Source: Alphaproteobacteria bacterium
Lineage (GTDB): Bacteria; Pseudomonadota; Alphaproteobacteria; Bin95
Length of the DNA: 64,000 nt
Assembly: GCA_963665325.3 (NCBI GenBank)
Contig: CAXXWS020000002.1
Span: 1,248,001-1,312,000 of the forward strand
Reading direction: 5' to 3'
Numbering within the stretch: position 1 is the first letter of the stretch; each line of letters opens with the position of its first letter. The position numbers were made by a program, and so were the translations under genes. Under the pieces are notes generated by a model. The model had not been told where the DNA came from. It did not search any database and saw only the letters and a list, made by a program, of their open reading frames with translations. This document shows, piece by piece, positions 1 through 9,789 of this stretch.

Positions 1-642
1 GACGCCGGCGCGGAAGTGGCGGCGACAGGGACGAAACCTCGCGATGCCTATGAAAGCGACCTCGACGGGATAGAGTTCCACACCGTCGACGTCGGCGACG
101 AAGACCAGCGGCGGGCGCTTGCGGGCCGGTTCGACCGGCTGGACGTGCTGATCAACAATGCCGGGATGGTCGCTTACCGGCGGGCGGAATACGAACCGGA
201 GACTTTCCGGCAGGTCCTTGAGGTCAATCTCGGCGCCGGGCTGCATCTGGCGACCCTGCTGCACGACAGGCTTGCCGCGCGTCCCGGCTCGGTCATCAAC
301 CTGTCCTCGATGACCGCCTTCTTCGGCAGCCAGGGCAACCCGGCCTACGGGGCCAGCAAAGCCGCCATCGTGCAGATGACGCGCACGCTGGCTGTCGGTT
401 GGGGCGGGGACGGTATCCGCGTGAACGCCATCGCGCCCGGCTATGTCCACACGCAGATGACCGACCGCTTCAAGCAAAACACCGAAGCCGACCGGGCTAT
501 CTCGGCGCGAACGCCGCTGGGCCGCTGGGGCTCGCCCGATGACATGGCGAAGGTGGCACTCTTCCTCGCCTCGGACCTCGCCGGCTTCGTTACAGGTCAG
601 ACGCTCTCCGTGGACGGCGGCTTCGGCTGCGCCATCGGGTGA
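1..642 (+). CDS. SDR family NAD(P)-dependent oxidoreductase, 5'-truncated by window edge
   Basis: Frame is open from base 1 (DAGAEVAATG...). Has NNAG, catalytic YGASK and IRVNAIAPG motifs, and C-terminal TGQTLSVDGG. The N-terminal TGxxxGIG lies outside the window. Confidence 0.9.
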   Translation, partial: DAGAEVAATGTKPRDAYESDLDGIEFHTVDVGDEDQRRALAGRFDRLDVLINNAGMVAYRRAEYEPETFRQVLEVNLGAGLHLATLLHDRLAARPGSVINLSSMTAFFGSQGNPAYGASKAAIVQMTRTLAVGWGGDGIRVNAIAPGYVHTQMTDRFKQNTEADRAISARTPLGRWGSPDDMAKVALFLASDLAGFVTGQTLSVDGGFGCAIG

Positions 643-648
643 CGGCGT

Positions 649-3024
649 TCAGCTGCTCCGGTGCGCGTCCCGGATCGCCCGCCACACCCGCTCGGGCGTT
701 AGCGGCATCTCGATATGGCGGACGCCCAAGTCCCTCAGCGCATGGCAGACGGCATTGACGACGAGGCCGAGCGCTGGGGTAGTGCCGCCCTCGCCGCCGG
801 GGCGGATGCCGAAGGGATGCGAGCTTGCCGGGACCTCGGTTATCAGCGTGCGGATTGGCGGCACCGTGTCGGCGCGCGGCATGGCGTAGTCCATGAACGA
901 GCCGGTGAGAAGCTGGCCGTCCTCCGGCGTGTAGCGGACCTCTTCCATCAACGCCTGGCCAAGCCCCTGCGCAATCGCGCCCTGCGCCTGACCGTGCAGG
1001 ATGAGCGGATTGACGGCGAGGCCCACATCGTCGAGTGCGGTCCAGGCGGCGACACGCACATACCCCGTCTCGGGATCGACCTCGACCTCGCAGACATGGG
1101 CGCCGTAGGGATAGCCGCCCGACCGGTCGGTGATGTCGCCGACGCCTTCCAGCAGCCCGTTGGTAAGCGCGGCCGCTTCTGCGAGGTCGATGCTGGCGCC
1201 GCCCTCGGCGTGGAACGCGCCTCCGCGCCAGGCGACGTTCTCCGGCGCGGCCTGGAGCGCATGGGCGGCTACGGCCTTGCCCCGTTCCAGCAACGCCGTG
1301 ACCGCCTTGTCGATGGCGATACTGGCGAGCCGCATGGACCGGCCCGAATGGGAGCCGCCGCCGACCGATACGCGCTCGGTATCGTTGCAGATGTAGCGGA
1401 TGCGCTCGAACGGCACGTCCAGCCAGTCGGCAGCCAATTGCGGGAAGCTGGTCTCGTGGCCCTGGCCGCTGCTCATCGTGCCGACGACGAGCTCTATCGT
1501 GCCGTCCGCCAGCGCCCGCAGTTCTGCCCGCTCGCGGGGAATGCCGCTCGTCACCTCGATATAGTTCGCAATCGCGATGCCCCGGCAGAGCCCGCGCGCC
1601 TCGGACCGCGCTCGGCGCGCCTCGAATTCCCTCCAGTCCGCCGCTTGGAGCGCCCGATCCATGGCAGCGACATAGTCGCCGCTGTCATAGGTAACGCCGA
1701 CCCCGTTGGTGAACGGCATCGCTTCGGAAGAGACAAGGTTGCGCCGGCGCAGCTCGACCCGGTCGAAGCCGTGCTCGTCGGCCGCAAGGTCGATCAGCCG
1801 CTCGATCATGTAGATGGCCTCGGGCCGGCCGGCGCTGCGATAGACCGCCGTTGGCGCCATGTTGGTGAGCGCTGCGTGGCCGCGGAAATACACGGCGGGA
1901 ATGCGGTAGGTCCCCTGCATCATCGAAAGGCCCTTGCGCAGCGGCCAGAAATAGACCGAGTAGGCGCCGAGATTGAGCGTGTTGACGCCCCGGAGCGCGA
2001 GAAACTTGCCGTCTTCGTCAAGCGCCAGTTCGGCCTTGGAATGGAGGTCCCGGGCCTGGTAGTCGGAGAGGAAACACTCGCTCCGGTCGGCGGTCCATTT
2101 CACCGTCCGTCCTGTTCGCCGCGCTGCCCATGGCATCAGTGCGAATTCCGGCGAGAAGGCGTTCCTCGTGCCGAAATTGCCGCCCATATCCCCGAAGACC
2201 GCCCGGCAGTTCTCCACCGGCACGTCGAGCGTGAGCGCAAGCCGCTCGCGCGTTTGCACGGCGCCCCGCCCGGAAGCTGCGCGCAGGGTGTAATGGTCCG
2301 CAGAGGGATCGTACTCGCCGACCACGGCGCGCGGCTCCATGGGCGCGCCATTGACGCGGTGGACATGGCTTTCGAGCGTCACCGCATGCGCAGCATTCTG
2401 GAATGCGGCATCGGCTGCTTCCCGGTCGCCGACTTCGCAGGTCAGCGCCAGATTGTTCGGGCAATCGGGCCAGAGCTGCGGGGCGCCATCGGCCATGGCG
2501 GCGCGCGCGTCGGTCGAGGTCGGCAGGATTTCGTAGTCCACCCGGACCAGCTCGCCGGCATCGGCCGCGATGGCCGCCGTCTCCGCCACGACCAGCGCCA
2601 CAGCTTCGCCGCAATAGCGCACGATGTCGACCGGGAGCGGAAGGTTCGGCGTCACGGTGACCTCAAAGCCTTCCGGCAGGCGCAATTCGACATCGGGCGG
2701 GCCGGTCCAGTCCGGGTTGTGCGGAATCGGCCCGATACCGTCGGCCGCCGCGTCCGCTCCGGTCAGCACCGCCAGCACACCCGGCAGGGCGGCGGCGCAC
2801 GCGGTGTCTATTCCGCGGATGCGCGCATGGGCGTGCGGAGAACGCACCATGAAGGCATGGGCCAGACCGTCGGGCGCAAAGTCGCTTGCAAAGCGGCCGT
2901 GGCCGGTGACCAGCCGCCTGTCCTCCACACGCCTGCGCGCCTTGCCGATCTCCTTGCCGCCGGCTCCGGTCGTCGTCCCGGTTGCCTTTTGCTCTCCGTC
3001 CAACGCCCTGCCTCCCCCGCGCAT
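649..3024 (-). CDS. Xanthine dehydrogenase/CoxL-like molybdopterin-binding large subunit
   Basis: RVEDRRLVTGHGRF, RSPHAHARI, GGNFG, YRSAGRPEA, GQGHET, GSFMDYAMPRA and GGEGG motifs. Exact start uncertain. Confidence 0.9.
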   Translation of the reverse strand: MRGGGRALDGEQKATGTTTGAGGKEIGKARRRVEDRRLVTGHGRFASDFAPDGLAHAFMVRSPHAHARIRGIDTACAAALPGVLAVLTGADAAADGIGPIPHNPDWTGPPDVELRLPEGFEVTVTPNLPLPVDIVRYCGEAVALVVAETAAIAADAGELVRVDYEILPTSTDARAAMADGAPQLWPDCPNNLALTCEVGDREAADAAFQNAAHAVTLESHVHRVNGAPMEPRAVVGEYDPSADHYTLRAASGRGAVQTRERLALTLDVPVENCRAVFGDMGGNFGTRNAFSPEFALMPWAARRTGRTVKWTADRSECFLSDYQARDLHSKAELALDEDGKFLALRGVNTLNLGAYSVYFWPLRKGLSMMQGTYRIPAVYFRGHAALTNMAPTAVYRSAGRPEAIYMIERLIDLAADEHGFDRVELRRRNLVSSEAMPFTNGVGVTYDSGDYVAAMDRALQAADWREFEARRARSEARGLCRGIAIANYIEVTSGIPRERAELRALADGTIELVVGTMSSGQGHETSFPQLAADWLDVPFERIRYICNDTERVSVGGGSHSGRSMRLASIAIDKAVTALLERGKAVAAHALQAAPENVAWRGGAFHAEGGASIDLAEAAALTNGLLEGVGDITDRSGGYPYGAHVCEVEVDPETGYVRVAAWTALDDVGLAVNPLILHGQAQGAIAQGLGQALMEEVRYTPEDGQLLTGSFMDYAMPRADTVPPIRTLITEVPASSHPFGIRPGGEGGTTPALGLVVNAVCHALRDLGVRHIEMPLTPERVWRAIRDAHRSS

Positions 3025-3097
3025 GACGTCATTCTTGGCATTGCCGAACGCTCCGGCAATGATGCGCTTCGTCCCGCCTCACAAATGGAGTGTCCCG

Positions 3098-4078
3098 GTG
3101 AAGGTCATCGACTCGCATGCCCACTACGTTCCCCAGACGGTGTTCGACACGCTGGCCCGGGGAGCCGCCCGTTTCGACGGAGTCGAATGCCTGCATGAGG
3201 ACGGACGATTCCGCCTTGCCTTCGGGGGAAGGGAACCGACGCGGCCGGTCAATCCGAAGCTGCGCGAAGCCGACGAGCGCCTGGCCTGGATGGACAAGCA
3301 GCGCCTCGACCGGCAGGTGGTCGCGCCCTGGACCGACAGCTTCGGCTACGAACTGGACGGCGGGACGGGGGCAGACTGGAACCGCTTCTGCAACGAGGCG
3401 CTTTGGCGGGCCTGCGAGGGCGAGGAACGCTTGATACCGCTGGCGGGTGTGCCGCTCCAGGATGGCGAGGCCGCCGCGGAAGTGCTCTGTGAGGCGCTCG
3501 ACCACGGCTTTCGCGGCTTCATGATCGGCACGCAGCCCGGGGGCGATTCGGGTGTGCTCGACGACCCGTCTCTTGAGCCCTTCTGGGCGGCAGCGCATGA
3601 GCGAGGGGCCGTGCTCTACATCCACCCGATGTATGTGACGAGCGACCCGCGCGTCGTGGATTACGACATGGTCAATGCGGTCGGCAGGCTGGCGGACACC
3701 ACAGTGGCCGTGGCGCGGATTCTGTTCTCGGGCCACGTCCTGAAATATTCTGGCGCCAGGCTGATCCTGAGCCATGGCGGCGCGGCGCTGCCCTTCGCGC
3801 TCGGCCGGCTGGTTAGGAACGTGCAGGCCCACCCGGGCCAGTATGCCGATCCGGCGGAAGGCCTCTCGCGGCTCTATGTGGACAGCTGCGTGTTCCGGCC
3901 GGACGCGCTCCGTTTCCTGGTAGACCTGATGGGCGCGGAGCGCGTGATGCTCGGCTCCGACTATCCCTTCCCCATCGGTGATCCCGCGCCCCGCAAGGTC
4001 GTGGACGACACGCCCCTCACCGATGCCCAGCGAGTTGAAATTCTGTCCAACTCGACCGCGCGTTTGCTCGGGTTATGA
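3098..4078 (+). CDS. Amidohydrolase family protein (ACMSD/decarboxylase-like)
   Basis: GTG start after GGAG. IDSHAH metal motif, YIHP, SHGGAALPF, MLGSDYPF. Confidence 0.88.
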   Translation: MKVIDSHAHYVPQTVFDTLARGAARFDGVECLHEDGRFRLAFGGREPTRPVNPKLREADERLAWMDKQRLDRQVVAPWTDSFGYELDGGTGADWNRFCNEALWRACEGEERLIPLAGVPLQDGEAAAEVLCEALDHGFRGFMIGTQPGGDSGVLDDPSLEPFWAAAHERGAVLYIHPMYVTSDPRVVDYDMVNAVGRLADTTVAVARILFSGHVLKYSGARLILSHGGAALPFALGRLVRNVQAHPGQYADPAEGLSRLYVDSCVFRPDALRFLVDLMGAERVMLGSDYPFPIGDPAPRKVVDDTPLTDAQRVEILSNSTARLLGL

Positions 4079-4137
4079 GGTGATATTCCGACAAACCGCA
4101 CTAGGTTCCAAGAAATAGCTACCGTAGAGGCCGGACG

Positions 4138-5721
4138 ATGCATCAAGGCTGGATCAGGGCCGTCAGTGTCGAGGAGCTTCGCCGCACGGGCCGGACGGTC
4201 TTCCGGCTGGACGGCCGCCAGATCGCGCTCTTCGATACCGCGAAGGGCATCCGCGCCTGCAACAACCGTTGCCCGCACGAGGGCTATCCGCTGCGCGAAG
4301 GTACGCTCGACAGGGACTGCCTGCTCACCTGCAACTGGCACAATTGGAAGTTCGACCTAGAGACGGGCGAGAACCAGCGCGACGGCGACCGGCTGCGCGT
4401 CTATCCGGTCGAGGTTCGGGCTGGCGAAGTGTGGATAGAGATCGTCGACCCGCCGGTCGAGGAACAGCTCGCGAAATCGCTCGAGGACCTGAAGCAGGGC
4501 TTCCTCGACCATGACTACGAACGACTGGCGCGCGAGATCGCCCGCATCGTCGGCCTCGGCGTCGATCCCGCGATCGCCGTCAAGGAAGCGATACGCTGGT
4601 CGTATGACAGGCTGGAGTTCGGCTGGACCCATGCCTATGCCGGCACGGCGGACTGGCTCGCGCTCCACGACGACCACGCGGACGAGTCCGAGAACCGCCT
4701 CATCTGCCTCCTGGAGGCCATCGGCCACATGGCCGAAGACACCCTGCGCGAGCGGCGCTACCCCTATGCCGAAGGCGTTGAGGCATGGGACGAGGAGGCT
4801 TTCTGCCGCACGATCGAGGAGGAAGACGAGGCACGCGCCATTCGCCTGACGCGCGGTGCGGTTGCAACCGGGGACGCATGGGGCGCCATGGAGCGCGGAC
4901 TGGCCCGCGCCGCGCTCGCCCATTATGCCGGTTTCGGCCATTCCGCGATCTATGTGGCCAAGGCCGGCGCGTTGATCCGCCGGCTTGGCGAGGATATCGC
5001 CGAGCCCGTCCTTGTTTCACTGGTGCGGGGGCTGGTGTCGGCGTTCCGCGAAGACCTGATTCCGGAATTCAGGGGCTATGGCGCGGCACTGGAAGGTTTC
5101 GGATCGAAGCCCAACGGATCGGCGCCCGCGCCCGCGGACTATGCCGGGCTCAACGCCAACAAGGCAGTCGCCTTTACCGCCGAGCATGGCGCCGCGCCTA
5201 CGCTGGACCTCTTCCGCAGCCTGCTCGGCGCCAACGCGCTCAACATGGCGCGCTTCGACCTCCGGCATCTGGACGACCTCGACCAGCCTTACGGCAGCGA
5301 TTTCGGCTGGCTCGACCTGACCCATGGCCTGACCTTCGCCGAAGCGGTGCTGGGCCTCTGCTCCCGGTATCCCGAACTGTGGCCGTCGGGACTGCTGCAG
5401 ATGGCCTGCTTCTCCGGCCGCAACATCGGGCGCCAGGACGAGATGGTGGACCCCGACGATTGGATGGTCTCGGATCGCGACGCCTTCTTCGCGGAGGCGG
5501 AGAGCAGGCTCCTGGACCACGGCCAAGATCGATACATCGTCTCCGTTCATCTATTGAAGACCGCGTCTTCCGTGCGCAACCTCCTGGCGTTCGGCGAGAC
5601 CGGTCGATCCGGCGAACTGGCGCTCGCCGCACTCAACCGGCTGCTGCATTCGCCGGTGCGCCGGAAGATGGTGCGTCGCACGGCCCGACAGGCCATGCGC
5701 TTCGTCGAGGTCGATATCTAG
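4138..5721 (+). CDS. Rieske [2Fe-2S] domain fused to a ~420-aa uncharacterised helical region
   Basis: N-terminal CPHEGYPL...CNWHNWKF Rieske motif (NirD/ferredoxin-like). C-terminal region not recognised. Confidence 0.8.
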   Translation: MHQGWIRAVSVEELRRTGRTVFRLDGRQIALFDTAKGIRACNNRCPHEGYPLREGTLDRDCLLTCNWHNWKFDLETGENQRDGDRLRVYPVEVRAGEVWIEIVDPPVEEQLAKSLEDLKQGFLDHDYERLAREIARIVGLGVDPAIAVKEAIRWSYDRLEFGWTHAYAGTADWLALHDDHADESENRLICLLEAIGHMAEDTLRERRYPYAEGVEAWDEEAFCRTIEEEDEARAIRLTRGAVATGDAWGAMERGLARAALAHYAGFGHSAIYVAKAGALIRRLGEDIAEPVLVSLVRGLVSAFREDLIPEFRGYGAALEGFGSKPNGSAPAPADYAGLNANKAVAFTAEHGAAPTLDLFRSLLGANALNMARFDLRHLDDLDQPYGSDFGWLDLTHGLTFAEAVLGLCSRYPELWPSGLLQMACFSGRNIGRQDEMVDPDDWMVSDRDAFFAEAESRLLDHGQDRYIVSVHLLKTASSVRNLLAFGETGRSGELALAALNRLLHSPVRRKMVRRTARQAMRFVEVDI

Positions 5722-5855
5722 CCCGCAATCGATATGGACGGATTGCGGATGCCCGGGTTCCGGCGTGTAATGCCTCCGGGAGGATGCCGCAGCGGCAGCG
5801 TTTGCTGGCCGGCAATGCGGCCGAATCCAGCCAGAACCCGGAAGGAGACCGGACC

Positions 5856-7451
5856 ATGCAGACCTCACCTCGTAACTGGTTGGCCCGAAGGGCGCGGGGC
5901 ATTGTGCCGGCGGCTGCGCTCGGCCTCGCTCTCGCCTTCCCGGCGGCAGGCCAGACCGAGCTCAATGTGGCCATTCACGCCGACCTGAAGAACATCGACC
6001 CGATCTGGACCACCGCGCTCATCACCAGCAATCACGGCTATGCGGTCTACGACACGCTCTTCGCCACGGACGCGGACTTCAACGTCCAGCCGCAGATGGC
6101 CGAGGGCTACACGGTCAGCGACGACGGTCTCGCCTACACCATCACGCTCCGGGACGGTCTCAACTGGCATGACGGGACGCCGGTTACCGCAAAGGATTGC
6201 GTGGCCTCCATTAACCGCTGGGGACAGCGCGACGTGTTCGGGCAACTCCTCCTCGACCGGACCGACAGCATCGTGGCGGCGGATAACCGCACAATCGTGC
6301 TGACCCTGAAGGAACCGTGGGCGTTGGCCATTGCCGCCCTCGGCAAGAAGAACGCGAACGTTCCCTTCATGATGCCGGAGCGGGTCGCGATGACGGACCC
6401 GCATGAGCAGATCAAGGAGATGATCGGCTCGGGACCCTTCAGGATCCTGGAGGACGAGTGGGTGCCGGGCAGCAGGGTCGTTTACGAGAAGAACGCCGAC
6501 TATGTGCCGCGCAGCGAACCCGCAAGCGAGACGGCGGGCGGCAAGGTCGTCCATTTCGACCGCCTCGTCTGGCAGTACATTCCCGATGCGCAGACCACCG
6601 CGAACGCGCTCGTCGCGGGCGAGATCGACCTGATCGAGAACGTCCCGGCCGACCTTGTGCCGCAGCTCAACGCTGCCGAAGGCATTGCCGTGGAGCCGAC
6701 CGACGGGCTCGGATGGCAGCCTTGGCTGGTGATCAACCACCTGCATCCGCCCTTCGACAATGTGAAGGCCCGCCAGGCCCTCCAGCTCATGGCGGACCAG
6801 GCTACCTACCAGCTGGCGAACAGCTCGCTGGAAGGCTCGTGGCGCACCTGTCCGGCGATGTTCATCTGCGACACGCCGCATGCCAGCGAACTCGGTTCGG
6901 AGCGGCTCATGCAGCAGAATATCGAGGCGGCGAAGAAGCTGCTCGCCGAGTCCGGCTATAACGGCGAGCCCGTCGTTCTCCTGCACCCGACCGACATCCC
7001 GCAGCTTCACTCGGCGAGCCTGGTGAGCGCCGCGCTCCTCAGGGAAATCGGCGTCAATGTGGACGACCAGGCGATGGACTGGTCCACCCTCACCTCGCGC
7101 CGCGCTGAGAAGAAGGCGCCGGCCGACGGCGGCTGGAACCTGTTCCACACGGCATGGCCGGCAAGCATGCTGCTCAACCCGATGATGCATAACGGCGTTT
7201 CCGGCGCGTGCGACGCGGCGTGGTTCGGCTGGCCCTGCGACGACGAGCTCCAGGAGCTCAGGGCGAAGTTCTCCAGAGAATCCGACCCGGAAATGCTGGT
7301 CACGCTTTCCCGGCGGATGCAGGAGCGCGCGATGGAATATGTCACCTACATTCCTCTGGGGCAGTATTTCTTCTACCGCGCCTACCGGGACGAGTTGAGC
7401 GGCGTCATCAAGTCGACCGACGCCTTCTTCTGGAACATCCGGAAGAACTAG
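5856..7451 (+). CDS. ABC transporter substrate-binding protein, family 5 (peptide/nickel type)
   Basis: AGGAG RBS, signal peptide, DPIWTTA, VYDTLFATD, LRDGLNWHDG, IGSGPF, C-terminal FFWNIRK. Confidence 0.92.
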   Translation: MQTSPRNWLARRARGIVPAAALGLALAFPAAGQTELNVAIHADLKNIDPIWTTALITSNHGYAVYDTLFATDADFNVQPQMAEGYTVSDDGLAYTITLRDGLNWHDGTPVTAKDCVASINRWGQRDVFGQLLLDRTDSIVAADNRTIVLTLKEPWALAIAALGKKNANVPFMMPERVAMTDPHEQIKEMIGSGPFRILEDEWVPGSRVVYEKNADYVPRSEPASETAGGKVVHFDRLVWQYIPDAQTTANALVAGEIDLIENVPADLVPQLNAAEGIAVEPTDGLGWQPWLVINHLHPPFDNVKARQALQLMADQATYQLANSSLEGSWRTCPAMFICDTPHASELGSERLMQQNIEAAKKLLAESGYNGEPVVLLHPTDIPQLHSASLVSAALLREIGVNVDDQAMDWSTLTSRRAEKKAPADGGWNLFHTAWPASMLLNPMMHNGVSGACDAAWFGWPCDDELQELRAKFSRESDPEMLVTLSRRMQERAMEYVTYIPLGQYFFYRAYRDELSGVIKSTDAFFWNIRKN

Positions 7452-7531
7452 ACAGCCGTTGCCGCCGTCCGCCCGTCGCTCCGAAAATGGGGTGGCGAGC
7501 GGGCGGCTATACGGCGCTGGAGAACGAAGCC

Positions 7532-8944
7532 ATGCAGGACGAGGACCTCTGTTTCCGCTCCGCGACGGATCTCGCGGCGGACATTCGCAGCCGCCGCCTC
7601 TCGCCGGTCGAGCTGGCGCGCGCGGTAATCGCCCGGATCGAGGCGCTCAATCCCGCTCTCAACTGCTTCTGCACGCCGACGCCCGAGATCGCGCTGGAGC
7701 AGGCGCAGGCGGCGGAAGAGGCGGTCATGCGCGGCCGACCGCTCGGGCTGCTGCACGGCATTCCCTATTCGATCAAGGACCTTCAGCCGACCAAGGGCGT
7801 GCGCACCATGCGCGGCTCCAAGATCTTCGAGCACAACGTCCCCGAGGACGACACACCCCTTGAGAGGCGCCTCCAGGGCGCCGGCGGCGTGTTTCTCGGC
7901 AAGACGACGAGTCCCGAGTTCGGCTGGAAGGGCGCGACCGACAGCCCCGTCACCGGTATCACCCGCAACCCCTGGAACCTGGAGCGCACGCCAGGAGGCT
8001 CCAGCGGGGGTGCGGCGGCCCAGATTGCGGCGGGGCTCGGGCCGCTCGCCCAGGGCGGCGACGGCGGCGGCTCGATCCGCATACCGTCTTCCTTCGCAGG
8101 CATCTTCGGCATCAAGCCGACGATCGGCCTGGTCCCCTATTTCCCGATGCCGCATAACGGCCTCCTGTCCCATCTCGGCCCGATGACGCGCACCGTATCG
8201 GACGCGGCGCTCATGCTGAGCGCGCTCTCCGGCTACGACCCGGCCGACCGCTTCAGCCAGCCCGGTCCGCCGCAGGATTTCCTTGCCGGCCTGCATGACG
8301 GGGTGGCGGGCGTCAGGGTGTTCTGGAGCCCGACGCTCGGTTATGCCGAGGTGGACCCGGAGGTCGCGGAGGCGACGGCGCGGGCGGCTGCCCGTTTCGC
8401 GGAACTCGGCGCCGAAGTGGAGGAGGGCGATCCCGGCCTCGGCAATGCGACCGACTTCTTCATCGTGCTCTACCAGAGCGCCGTCGCGGGCGGCCTCGTC
8501 CAGTATCTCGACGAATGGGAGGCCGAGATGGACCCGGGCCTCGTGCATATGGTCCGCCGCGGCATGGAATACAGCGCGGTCGACTACGTGCAGGCCCGCA
8601 TCGAGCGGCTCGCCTTCTGCGACCGGCTGGCCCGGTTCTTCGAGACTTACGACCTGCTCCTCACGCCCGCGACCGCCGTCCCCGCATTCCCGGTCGGGCA
8701 GGTGGCGCCAGAGCCGGGCCGCTTCGAGGCGGAAGACCTGTTTGCGTGGACGCCGTTCAGCTTCCCGTTCAACGCGACCGGCAATCCGGCTGCGAGCGTG
8801 CCATGCGGATTCACCCGGGATGGGCTCCCGATGGGGCTCCAGATCGTCGGACGCCTCCATGAGGACCGGCGCGTATTGCAGGCCGCCGCCGCATTCGAGC
8901 GGATTGCGCCCTGGGCCGACCGCCGGCCCATGCTGCAGGCCTAG
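7532..8944 (+). CDS. Amidase signature family protein
   Basis: GIPYSIKD, GKTTSPEFG, TPGGSSGGAAA, DGGGSIRIP. Confidence 0.93.
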   Translation: MQDEDLCFRSATDLAADIRSRRLSPVELARAVIARIEALNPALNCFCTPTPEIALEQAQAAEEAVMRGRPLGLLHGIPYSIKDLQPTKGVRTMRGSKIFEHNVPEDDTPLERRLQGAGGVFLGKTTSPEFGWKGATDSPVTGITRNPWNLERTPGGSSGGAAAQIAAGLGPLAQGGDGGGSIRIPSSFAGIFGIKPTIGLVPYFPMPHNGLLSHLGPMTRTVSDAALMLSALSGYDPADRFSQPGPPQDFLAGLHDGVAGVRVFWSPTLGYAEVDPEVAEATARAAARFAELGAEVEEGDPGLGNATDFFIVLYQSAVAGGLVQYLDEWEAEMDPGLVHMVRRGMEYSAVDYVQARIERLAFCDRLARFFETYDLLLTPATAVPAFPVGQVAPEPGRFEAEDLFAWTPFSFPFNATGNPAASVPCGFTRDGLPMGLQIVGRLHEDRRVLQAAAAFERIAPWADRRPMLQA

Positions 8945-8983
8945 CGCGGGACCCCTTCGGGCTGGAATGGAAGTCCGGCTGTC

Positions 8984-9119
8984 CCCTTCGACAAGCTCAG
9001 GACAGGCTCCTTCGATACGCCGCTTCGCGGCTACTCAGGATGAGGGATTTTCCGAAGCCCCGCCCGGTCCTTCCCCTCACCCTGAGTAGCGCCCGCGCCA
9101 GCGGGTGCGTATCGAAGGG
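8984..9119. repeat. REP-like palindromic doublet between convergent genes
   Basis: CCTTCGATACGC..CTACTCAGGATGAGGG (9009-9046) is inverted relative to CCCTCACCCTGAGTAGC..GCGTATCGAAGG (9074-9118). An extra partial unit CCCTTCGACAAGCTCAGGA begins at 8984. Confidence 0.8.
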
Positions 9120-9130
9120 CGGCCGCCGCT

Positions 9131-9757
9131 CTAGTAGATCGTCTTCTCCAGCTCTGCCGAATAGGCGCGGTCCCAGGCTGTCGCCTCGAACTCGCCTTCC
9201 GTGTCCAGGGCCTGCATGATCTGGCCAAGCGTCGGCAGGGAGTCGCGGGGCACGCGCGTTTCCGGGCGCCAGAGACGAGAGCGGACGAGCGCTTTCGGAC
9301 ACTGGATATAGACCCGGTCCACGGCGATCGAGAGCACGCTGCGCGGCAACTGCCCCCTCATCTCGAATCGCTTCAGCAATTCCGGGTCGGTGCCGATGCG
9401 CGCGCGCCCGTTGATGCGCAGCGTCTCGCCCACGCCGGGAATGAGGAAGAGCAGCGAGACGCGCGGGTCCCGGACGATGTTGCGCAGGCTGTCGAGCCGG
9501 TTGTTGCCGCGCCGGTCGGGCAGCAGCACGGTCTTCGGGTCCTGCACCTGGACGAACCCCGCCGGGTCGCCGCGCGGGCTGCAATCGAGCCCTTCCGGCC
9601 CGACCGTCGCCAGCACCGCGAAGGGCGCCGCGTCGATGAAGGCGCGGTAATGGTCGGAGATGTGGTCGATTTCCTTGAGGATCGCGCGCCGCTTGGGAGG
9701 CATCTCGTAGAGCGCCTCCAGTTCGGCTTCGCTCTCGATCCATCCGTTCGACTGCAT
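9131..9757 (-). CDS. Pyridoxamine 5'-phosphate oxidase-like FMN-binding protein (MSMEG_1061 type)
   Basis: DCSPRGDPAGFV, LPDRRGNNRLDSLRNI, ETLRINGRA, QCPKALVRSRLW. Confidence 0.9.
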   Translation of the reverse strand: MQSNGWIESEAELEALYEMPPKRRAILKEIDHISDHYRAFIDAAPFAVLATVGPEGLDCSPRGDPAGFVQVQDPKTVLLPDRRGNNRLDSLRNIVRDPRVSLLFLIPGVGETLRINGRARIGTDPELLKRFEMRGQLPRSVLSIAVDRVYIQCPKALVRSRLWRPETRVPRDSLPTLGQIMQALDTEGEFEATAWDRAYSAELEKTIY

Positions 9758-9789
9758 GGCGTTTCCTTCCCTGGGCAGGGTCCCGTCCA

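Noticed and set aside
649-3024. Aerobic CO dehydrogenase (form I)
   Set aside because: Lacks the AYRCSFR Cu-binding motif and the coxM/coxS/accessory genes.
715-3198. 827-aa + strand ORF
   Set aside because: Antisense shadow of the Mo-hydroxylase gene in high-GC DNA, with no motifs.
4785-5855. Long N-terminal extension of the solute-binding protein ORF (similar extensions at 58807, 52595 and 18703-19905)
   Set aside because: Overlaps real genes in another frame. RBS and signal peptide or family start mark the downstream ATG.
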